From an uncultured Anaerolineales bacterium (GTDB taxonomy: Bacteria; Chloroflexota; Anaerolineae; Anaerolineales; Villigracilaceae), in contig CASGHD010000029.1 of the NCBI GenBank assembly GCA_949319575.1, positions 2,977-66,976 of the forward strand: DNA of 64,000 nucleotides, written 5' to 3'. Shown piece after piece: positions 1-7,373 of the stretch. The translations under genes and the position numbers were made by a program. The notes beneath the pieces were generated by a model that was given only the letters and a program-made list of their open reading frames with translations, was not told the DNA's origin and searched no databases. Numbering within the stretch: position 1 is the stretch's first letter; every line of letters begins with the position of its first letter.

Positions 1-1
1 T

Positions 2-592
2 TCGGCGGATGAAAGTGCGTATGTCAACGTCTGGTTCGAGATCGAAGAGCGTAAGTTGAAGACTGTGCTGACGCGCAACCCCGAAACAGGCGAACCGGAA
101 CGCGAAATTCACAAACACGCGCCTGTCGAACCGCGTCCGCCAGACCTACATCCGCCGTTACATTTCAGGCATCGCGCTATTCAGGCACAAGCCAAGTGGA
201 ACGTGGAGACCGAACAGTACGATATGGAAGTTCGCCATATCCCTGAATATTACACGTTCTCACACGAGAGCGAAGCGCTCCTTCGCCTCATGTTCGAATC
301 GTTTGCGGATGATTACCTGTTCTTGATCGGCAAGGAACACGACGATCAACCCTCCCTGCGCGACCATCTACATTCCATCTGCCGCAACCTCCCTTCGGAC
401 TTTGAACCCTACGGCAAGCGTGAACGCAACGGCGAACCCGATTGTTCCGTCGGGTGTAAACATTTTCTCAAACTTCCAGGCAAGCTCGGCTATGACTGGG
501 GCGTGTGCGCGAATCCAGCCAGTCCGCGCGCGGGGTTGTTAACCTTCGAGCATCAGGGCTGTGAGCAGTTTGAGGGCGGCAACACAGAATGA
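2..592 (+). CDS. Cys/His-cluster hypothetical protein (DUF3027-like C-terminus), 5' end outside window
   Basis: The frame is open from nt 2 through the TTG listed at 56, so the ORF is truncated by the window edge. C-terminal cluster CSVGCKHF...DWGVCANP...FEHQGCEQF. Its stop overlaps the next start (ATGA 589-592). Confidence 0.6.
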   Translation, partial: SADESAYVNVWFEIEERKLKTVLTRNPETGEPEREIHKHAPVEPRPPDLHPPLHFRHRAIQAQAKWNVETEQYDMEVRHIPEYYTFSHESEALLRLMFESFADDYLFLIGKEHDDQPSLRDHLHSICRNLPSDFEPYGKRERNGEPDCSVGCKHFLKLPGKLGYDWGVCANPASPRAGLLTFEHQGCEQFEGGNTE

Positions 593-3384
593 CATTCCTC
601 ACCTCTTCCCTCCGCGCTCACTTCGGCTTCGACTCCTTCCGCGCAGGACAGGAAGAAGCGATCACGAGTCTCCTCGACAAAAATCACACGCTCGCCATCA
701 TGCCGACAGGCGCGGGCAAATCGCTCATCTATCAACTTGCCGCGTTGCAATTCGAAGGACTCACGCTCGTCATCTCGCCGCTCATCGCGTTGATGAAAGA
801 CCAGGTGGACGCGCTCAACCGCAAAGGGATTCCCGCCACGTTCATCAACAGCGCAATTTCATCCGCGGAACAAAACCAGAGATTGACGCTTGTATCACAA
901 GGGAATTATCGACTCGTCTACGTCGCGCCCGAACGCCTGCGCAGTGTGACCTTCCTCCGCTCGCTTCAATCCTTGACCTTGAGCCTGCTTGCCGTTGACG
1001 AAGCGCACTGCATCTCTGAGTGGGGACACGACTTCCGCCCCGACTACCTCCACATCGCCGAAACGCGCCGCCACCTGAGAAATCCGCTCACCGTTGCACT
1101 GACCGCCACCGCAACCCCCAAAGTTCAAAATGAAATCGTCCGCCTGATTGGTCTGTCCGAATCCACAACGCGCATTGTCACAGGCTTCAACCGTCCCAAC
1201 CTGACGCTCGAAGTGAAATATACGACAGGCGCCGAAGCCAAATTTCGCGCCTTGAGCGAACTATGTACCGCACACTTCCAGTTTGCGCGCGGCGCGACCA
1301 TCATCTATACAGGCACCCGCCGCGACGCTGAAGAAGTCGCTGAATTCATTCGCGTTATTTGCAAACTACAAGCCGAACACTATCACGCAGGGATGCCACC
1401 CGAAGAGCGCGCGCGGATTCAAGAACGCTTCATCAGCGGCGTCACTCCGGTCATCGTGGCGACCAACGCCTTCGGCATGGGCATTGACCGCGCCGACGTG
1501 CGGCAGGTCATTCACTATTCCGTGCCAGGTTCGCTCGAAGCGTATTATCAGGAGGCAGGTCGCGCGGGGCGCGATGGGTATCCCGCCAGAGCCGCGCTTT
1601 TGTACGATCCGCAAGATCGCGCCTTGCAGGAATTTTTCATTCAAAACAGCGTGGTCACCCCCGACGAACTGCAACTCCTCTACCGCGCGCTGGGAAAGAT
1701 CAACGACGAAGTTTGGCTCACCACCGAAGACTTCCAGCGTCGTACTGAACTGCACCACGTCAAAATCAAAGTGGGACTCGCCGAACTGGAACGCATCGGC
1801 GCGCTCGAACATCTCGGCGATGACGGAGCGCGCATGTCCCTACGCAAAGGCAAATGGGATCCACACGCCGTCCAACAAGCCGCGTCGCGCAGCAGGGATC
1901 ACATCCGCCACCGCACCGAACAACTCGATCACATAATCCGCTATGCCGAGACCAACTCCTGCCGTCGTCGAATCGTGCTTCAACATTTCGGCGATCACGG
2001 CAATGCCGACGCGCCCGTATGTTGCGATAATTGCGAAACGCGAAAGTCCCTGTCAACGCAGAAGACCAGTGAAACCGTCGGCGACGTGGCGCAGATGGAC
2101 CTCATCGAACGCGCCGCACTCATCATTTTGGATACAGTCCACAGGCTTGGAACTCGACAAGTCGGCAGGAAGAAACTTGCGCAAATTCTGAAAGGCTCAA
2201 AGGCGCAAGACATCCTACAATTTCACTATGACAAGAATCCTTATTACAAAAAACTCGTCGCCCTGCAATTGAGACATCTCGAAGACATGATTCAGGAATT
2301 AGTTTCACTCGGATACCTCAAAGTCGTCGGCGGCGAATACCCTGTCATCAAACTGACGCCCAAAGGCGAGAGCGCCATTCAACAAAAAACCTCCATTCCG
2401 CTGAAACTCCCGCAGGGCATTTCTAAACACAAGATCGAAAAGAAGAAAGCCCAAATGCAGGCGGGCGGAACGGTGGAGTACACCGCGCAACTCATCCATG
2501 AAGGTCTCACGCCCGAACAGATTGCGCGCCAACGCGAACTGACCCTGATGACCATTTACGGTCACTGCGCCAAACTCATCGAAGCGGGCAAACTCGACGC
2601 GGACCAGGTCATCGAAAAGGAAACGAAAGGAAAAATCATGGCGGCAATTCAAACAGTCGGCTCGACCCAATTCCTCTTCCCCATCAAAAGTATTCTGCCC
2701 GATGAGATCACGTATGAGATGATCCGTTGTGTTGTGGCGGCACACGAAACACACAGTACAGAAACTCGTATACAAGAAGACAGGTATACAGGTAAACACG
2801 CGCAAACAGACTCCATTACAGATTATCTTTCCACCCCTCACCCCCGCCCGCTCAAAGGCACTTGGCAGGCAGGCTTTGCCCTCGACTTCCATAGTTCTTA
2901 CAAGGGCGCAGAGTGGAACCGAAGCGGCATCGGCGATCTTGTCTATCGACTCAAATACGAATCGGACGCATCCGTTCTGCCCACGCTCGTCGAACATACG
3001 CGCGAACTCTTTGCCGCGCACCCCAACATGAATCAATTCGACATGATTCTTCCCGTTCCATCCTCTACTCAACGCGAATTCAGTCCCGTTCACGAATTTT
3101 GCAAAACGTTATCAAAAACATTCAACAAGCCTGTGCAGACCTTCATCGTCAAATCCCGCCAGACCCAGCCGCAAAAAGAAATCCTTACCCTCCCGCAAAA
3201 ACGCGACAACGTCGCAGGCGCGTTCGCGGTGAACGGTGATATAACTACCAAACGCATCCTACTTGTTGACGACCTCTTCGACTCAGGCGCGACCATCGAA
3301 GAGATTACCCGCCTGCTTCGTAAACATGGCGCGGCAAATATCAACGTGCTGACCTTGACACGCACTATTCATTCGGATCTGTAG
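589..3384 (+). CDS. recQ: RecQ-family ATP-dependent DNA helicase fused to a C-terminal ComF-type phosphoribosyltransferase-like domain (931 aa)
   Basis: FGFDSFRAGQEEAI N-terminus, Walker A MPTGAGKS, DEAH box VDEAHCISEWGHDFRPDY, Zn/RQC region CRRRIVLQHFGD...CCDNC, HTH-like EGLTPEQIARQRELTLMTIYGH. The last ~175 aa (nt ~2860-3384) carry ILPVPSS...RDNVAGAF...ILLVDDLFDSGATI, a ComF/PRTase signature. Confidence 0.9.
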   Translation: MTFLTSSLRAHFGFDSFRAGQEEAITSLLDKNHTLAIMPTGAGKSLIYQLAALQFEGLTLVISPLIALMKDQVDALNRKGIPATFINSAISSAEQNQRLTLVSQGNYRLVYVAPERLRSVTFLRSLQSLTLSLLAVDEAHCISEWGHDFRPDYLHIAETRRHLRNPLTVALTATATPKVQNEIVRLIGLSESTTRIVTGFNRPNLTLEVKYTTGAEAKFRALSELCTAHFQFARGATIIYTGTRRDAEEVAEFIRVICKLQAEHYHAGMPPEERARIQERFISGVTPVIVATNAFGMGIDRADVRQVIHYSVPGSLEAYYQEAGRAGRDGYPARAALLYDPQDRALQEFFIQNSVVTPDELQLLYRALGKINDEVWLTTEDFQRRTELHHVKIKVGLAELERIGALEHLGDDGARMSLRKGKWDPHAVQQAASRSRDHIRHRTEQLDHIIRYAETNSCRRRIVLQHFGDHGNADAPVCCDNCETRKSLSTQKTSETVGDVAQMDLIERAALIILDTVHRLGTRQVGRKKLAQILKGSKAQDILQFHYDKNPYYKKLVALQLRHLEDMIQELVSLGYLKVVGGEYPVIKLTPKGESAIQQKTSIPLKLPQGISKHKIEKKKAQMQAGGTVEYTAQLIHEGLTPEQIARQRELTLMTIYGHCAKLIEAGKLDADQVIEKETKGKIMAAIQTVGSTQFLFPIKSILPDEITYEMIRCVVAAHETHSTETRIQEDRYTGKHAQTDSITDYLSTPHPRPLKGTWQAGFALDFHSSYKGAEWNRSGIGDLVYRLKYESDASVLPTLVEHTRELFAAHPNMNQFDMILPVPSSTQREFSPVHEFCKTLSKTFNKPVQTFIVKSRQTQPQKEILTLPQKRDNVAGAFAVNGDITTKRILLVDDLFDSGATIEEITRLLRKHGAANINVLTLTRTIHSDL

Positions 3385-3416
3385 GCAGGTAGACGCGTAA
3401 ACACGTATCTCGTATC

Positions 3417-4370
3417 ATGAACAACGACTCCCTCGCCCTCCTCCTCTGCTCCCAACTCGGACTCGACGACTCCGTCAAGCCATTGACCCTGCGCGAATGG
3501 AATCCCCTTGTGCGGAAACTGCAAGCCGCCTCCCTCCGCCCCTCCGATCTGATTCACCTCCCCGGCTCTGATCTCCGCCTCAAACTTGATCTCGACCCCG
3601 AACTCGCAACTCGCATCTCATCTCTCGCATCCCGCGACATCCAACCGCATCTCACTCGTCTCTCCTCCCTCGGCATCTATCCCCTCACCCGCGCGGATTC
3701 AGATTACCCTGAAAAATATCGCCAACGCTTGAAAGACTCGGCTCCCGCCGTATTGTTCTATGCAGGCGAAAAGGCATTGCTCGGTCAGCCTGGGATTGGA
3801 GTCGTCGGTTCGCGTCACTTGGATGAAGCGGGACAGGATTGCGCAAAGTTTGTCGGCAATGCGTGCGGACTGTCGGGGCAGGTTTTGTACTCGGGCGGCG
3901 CAAGAGGCGTGGATACGCTCAGCATGGAGTCTGCGCTTGAGGCGCGGGGAACAGCCGTCGGTGTGCTGGCGGATAGTTTGGAGAAGCAGGTCAAAAGTCG
4001 GAAAGAAGCGTTGAAGCGCGGCGATCTGTGCCTCGTCACGCCGTACAGTCCCAACGCGGGGTTTTCCGTCGGCGCGGCAATGGGTCGCAATCGTCTCATC
4101 TATTGCCTTGCCGATTACGCCATCGTGGTCGCGTCGGATGCGGAAACGGGCGGCACATGGGCAGGCGCGACTGAGACGCTAAAAAATAATTGGGTTCCCG
4201 TTTTTGTATTGGAGCACGATCACATGCCAGAGGGAAATAAACTGCTCCTGCAAAAGGGCGCGCTGGCTTTCCCGCATCCGTTCAAAGAACCGCCCGTGAA
4301 GTTGCCCGATTGGATGAAAGAGCAAGCCGCAAGTTTGCCACCTCAAACCGCACAGCCAACTCTTTTCTGA
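3417..4370 (+). CDS. dprA: DprA/Smf-like DNA-processing protein (Rossmann/SLOG fold)
   Basis: GVVGSRHLDEAG...YSGGARGVDTLSMESAL...GVLADSL...GRNRLIYCLADYAIVVASDAETGGTWAGA matches the DprA core pattern. It lies 32 nt downstream of the recQ fusion on the same strand. Confidence 0.8.
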   Translation: MNNDSLALLLCSQLGLDDSVKPLTLREWNPLVRKLQAASLRPSDLIHLPGSDLRLKLDLDPELATRISSLASRDIQPHLTRLSSLGIYPLTRADSDYPEKYRQRLKDSAPAVLFYAGEKALLGQPGIGVVGSRHLDEAGQDCAKFVGNACGLSGQVLYSGGARGVDTLSMESALEARGTAVGVLADSLEKQVKSRKEALKRGDLCLVTPYSPNAGFSVGAAMGRNRLIYCLADYAIVVASDAETGGTWAGATETLKNNWVPVFVLEHDHMPEGNKLLLQKGALAFPHPFKEPPVKLPDWMKEQAASLPPQTAQPTLF

Positions 4371-4762
4371 TCGCTCCACCTTTTTATTTCCATCGCTCCA
4401 TTCCATGTTCGATTTCACCTGCCACTTCGCGGCGCAAATAGTTTCGCGGGCGGCGATGAAAACTTTTAGATCCATGGAAATACATCGCCATGCAGCGACT
4501 TGTTGTACCTTTCCTAGCCACCTGACACTTTCCTTTTTGGACGCTGATAAAAAACTTTTTTCACCTGTTTGTTGAAAAATCGGTGTTCATCCGCGTCTCG
4601 TTTTTAAAACTGTCAGGTGCGTAGTGCTTTTCCAAATTAATCGAGCAACAAGTTGGATTTGAGGGCGCCAATTCCAACCACTGAGACACGGAGACACCGA
4701 GAACTTGCATTGAACTTGCGAAATAAAATAATTAACCTCTTGCATACGTGGTAATTTCTTCA

Positions 4763-4830
4763 GCCACAGAGACACAGAGAACGCTGAGAAAACCTTATTT
4801 TTACTCTCTGCGACTCAGCGTCTCAGGTGC
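4763..4830. repeat. Intergenic hairpin repeat (CACAGAG/CGCTGAG motifs, A/T-rich loop, complementary CTCTCTG/CTCAGCG motifs)
   Basis: gccacagagacacagagaacgctgag-aaaaccttattttta-ctctctgcgactcagcgtctcaggtg. The layout matches the internal part of the MITE at 10117-10269. Confidence 0.6.
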
Positions 4831-5317
4831 AGAATGACTTTCGCAAGAGGTCTAATTAAAAACGGGTCTCCCGTAATTAACGGGAAAGCGCCCACCACGA
4901 AGGACACAAAGGGGAAAAAAAGAGGTTAGATTCCTTGTGTTTTTCCTTCGCGACCGTCGCGTCATTGCGACAAGCTCAATGCAAGCCTTTGTGTTTGAAA
5001 AAAAGATTCCCGTTAAAAACGGTCGAAACTCCACTCAGCGTCTCCGTGGTTCAAAACGGATTGCTCGGTTTAATTGTTAATCTTCAAAAAGTCGCGTTAC
5101 GAGATTTCCAGCAGCCCTTTTCCCAACGCTGTCAGACGGATTTCAGAGAGATATTGCGATGTGTAACGATCGCGTGTTCTTTCTATTGCGCAACACCAGT
5201 CATTAATACGCCGAGTGTTATGGCGGAGACCAACAGGGCAACCAGAATAGGAAGCGCGTTTCTCATCGCGCTTGACGCGGAAGCGCTTTCAACTCCCTCC
5301 TGTGCTAAACTTACCCC

Positions 5318-6334
5318 ATGGAAATCTGTTATTTACTCGCCTTTCCCGATTCAGATAACGGCAAAGCGCGACCCACCGAACCATTCAAAGGGTTAAGCAA
5401 AGACGCCCCTTATTTTCAACCGGTGGATATCGACCTCGTGGCGCTTGGCGAAGAGACATTTTTATTCGAGGGGTATGCCGTCAGCGTCGTGCGCCATCGC
5501 TACGACGACTGCGCGCAAATGATCGAATGCCGTTATCAGATCAGCGACCCATTCGCCGCGCCTGTGTTGCAAACGCGAACGAACTTACAAAATGTGTTGC
5601 AATCGCGCTATATTCCCGAACAGCACCGCCGCAGTGGACTGTTCGAGGAGTATTGGATCCTGTTGGTGAAAGACTCGTCGCCCGCGCCCGACCCCTGGAT
5701 CGAAAAGAACGCGCTGGGTCTCGCCAACTTCATCCGTTCACAACGCGATGTGTTCGACACCGAAGAGATGCGCGAGATCCTCGGCTCGCGCGCGCGTTAC
5801 TCTGCCGACGAACTCACCCTCGTAGACTGGGAGGGCGCGGTCATCATCGCGCCGCAAGCCGATTTCCGCTCCGACATTGCCTTGCTCAAGATCGGCAACT
5901 ACCAATTACTGCGATACCGCATGTTGGACCAATCCATCGAAGACCTGCTCGACAAGATCAGCGAATCGTTCTTTCAAAAATCGCGCCGTCCGCGAGCCAC
6001 GCGCGGGCTGATCCGCCAACTGGCGGAGCATCGCCTTGAGATCATGCTCGATTTCGAACGCGCCGAACAAAGCCTCCTGCTCATCGGCGATTGGTACACC
6101 GCCAAACTCTACGAGATCATTCACAACGAACTGTACCTCAACGACTGGAAGCAGACCGTGCGCGACAAACTTGACAGGCTCGAGAACATCGTTCAAACCA
6201 TCAAAGACAACCTCGCCGTTTCATGGGAAAATTTGCTCGACCGTATCCAACTCGCCTTGTGGATCGTCATGCTCGTCGGTTACCTCTATCTGTATTTTCT
6301 GGACGCCGGCTGGATCATCATCTCACCCAAATAG
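5318..6334 (+). CDS. Hypothetical protein with C-terminal TM helix (possibly DUF155/RMD1-like)
   Basis: 338-aa ORF with coding-like composition and a C-terminal hydrophobic segment LALWIVMLVGYLYLYFL. The family assignment rests on pattern recall only. Confidence 0.55.
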   Translation: MEICYLLAFPDSDNGKARPTEPFKGLSKDAPYFQPVDIDLVALGEETFLFEGYAVSVVRHRYDDCAQMIECRYQISDPFAAPVLQTRTNLQNVLQSRYIPEQHRRSGLFEEYWILLVKDSSPAPDPWIEKNALGLANFIRSQRDVFDTEEMREILGSRARYSADELTLVDWEGAVIIAPQADFRSDIALLKIGNYQLLRYRMLDQSIEDLLDKISESFFQKSRRPRATRGLIRQLAEHRLEIMLDFERAEQSLLLIGDWYTAKLYEIIHNELYLNDWKQTVRDKLDRLENIVQTIKDNLAVSWENLLDRIQLALWIVMLVGYLYLYFLDAGWIIISPK

Positions 6335-6338
6335 ACTC

Positions 6339-7373
6339 ATGCTCAGACGAAAACTCCTCCTGATCACGATCGCGCTTCTTTTCTCGACGCTAGCCTGCCG
6401 CGCCGCCACCCGGCTGATCGTCCCCGACACGCCGACTCCGCTCCCGCCCACGGCGGCGCCGCCCACCCCAACGTTAATCCCCCCCACGCCGACACCCACC
6501 CTGCCCGCCGAAGCCAGTTGCCCCGTTCAAGTCGCGGATATTCTGGAGGCTTCCCTCAACTTCGAAAGCAGTTCCGATGAATCGCTGGAGGATGAAATCT
6601 ACCTCGTCACCTATCGCGTGGATGGAAACGATCTGGGCGATCCATTTTTCGAGTCGGTGCCGACCAAATTCCGCGACGAGCAGGATGATCGCGTCGCCCA
6701 CGAAGAGATCTGGAGTTTATTCACCAGCCTCATCCCTCCCGAGGAAAGAGACTTTATCGTAGGCTTCGCCATCATCACCGACGGCGGCAGTGACGTGCTT
6801 GCCTCCGTGGGCCAATCGGAAGATAATGCCGAAGAGTGGTTACTCGAAGTGGACATCCTCGACTCGGATGACCGACGCGCCCTCACCTTCACCCTACTCC
6901 ACGAATTCGCCCACTTGATGACGCTAAACTCCTCGCAAGTGCCGCCAAACCTGGCGGTGTTCGGCGATCCTTCCAACGACGAGATTTATCAACGCGAACT
7001 CGCCGCCTGCCCAAATTACTTCCCGGGCGAAGGATGCAGTAACTCAGATTCATACGTCAACCAGTTCTTCGATCGATTCTGGTTCAACCTGTACGCGGAA
7101 TGGCAGGAGATCGATGTGATCGAGGATAAGGATGAATACTACGACCAACTCGACGATTTCTACAACAAGTATGATGACCAGTTCCTCAGCAATTACTCCG
7201 CCACCAGCCCCGCGGAGGATATTGCCGAAGCGTTCGCGTTTTTCATCCTTTCACCCAAACCGCCTGCCGATTCGATCGCTAATCAGAAAATTCTGTTCTT
7301 CCACGAGTTCCCTGAATTAATGCAATTACGGGGGCATATCTTGAATCAACTTTGCGTTGAGTTTCCGCAATGA
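6339..7373 (+). CDS. Secreted/lipoprotein-like putative zinc metallopeptidase (HExxH)
   Basis: The ATG at 6339 gives the signal/lipobox-like MLRRKLLLITIALLFSTLAC, followed by a P/T-rich linker and HEFAHLMTL. The listed ORF start at 6036 would overlap the previous gene. Confidence 0.75.
   Translation: MLRRKLLLITIALLFSTLACRAATRLIVPDTPTPLPPTAAPPTPTLIPPTPTPTLPAEASCPVQVADILEASLNFESSSDESLEDEIYLVTYRVDGNDLGDPFFESVPTKFRDEQDDRVAHEEIWSLFTSLIPPEERDFIVGFAIITDGGSDVLASVGQSEDNAEEWLLEVDILDSDDRRALTFTLLHEFAHLMTLNSSQVPPNLAVFGDPSNDEIYQRELAACPNYFPGEGCSNSDSYVNQFFDRFWFNLYAEWQEIDVIEDKDEYYDQLDDFYNKYDDQFLSNYSATSPAEDIAEAFAFFILSPKPPADSIANQKILFFHEFPELMQLRGHILNQLCVEFPQ

Noticed and set aside
2305-3093. 262-aa minus-strand ORF inside the recQ fusion, plus many other 60-260-aa antisense ORFs in the track.
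   Set aside because: It lies fully inside a strongly supported plus-strand gene. It has Arg/Gly/Val-rich shadow-frame composition typical of GC-rich DNA, with no motif and no start context.
4935-5396. 153-aa plus-strand ORF spanning the repeat-rich gap and overlapping the start of 5318-6334.
   Set aside because: It runs through hairpin repeats, has Cys/Ser/Leu-rich non-protein-like composition, lacks an SD, and overlaps the better-supported downstream gene.
6036-6338. N-terminal 101 codons of the listed ORF 6036-7373.
   Set aside because: It overlaps the 3' third of 5318-6334 in another frame and has low-complexity S/T/C-rich composition. The internal ATG at 6339 yields a proper signal peptide five nt after the upstream stop.
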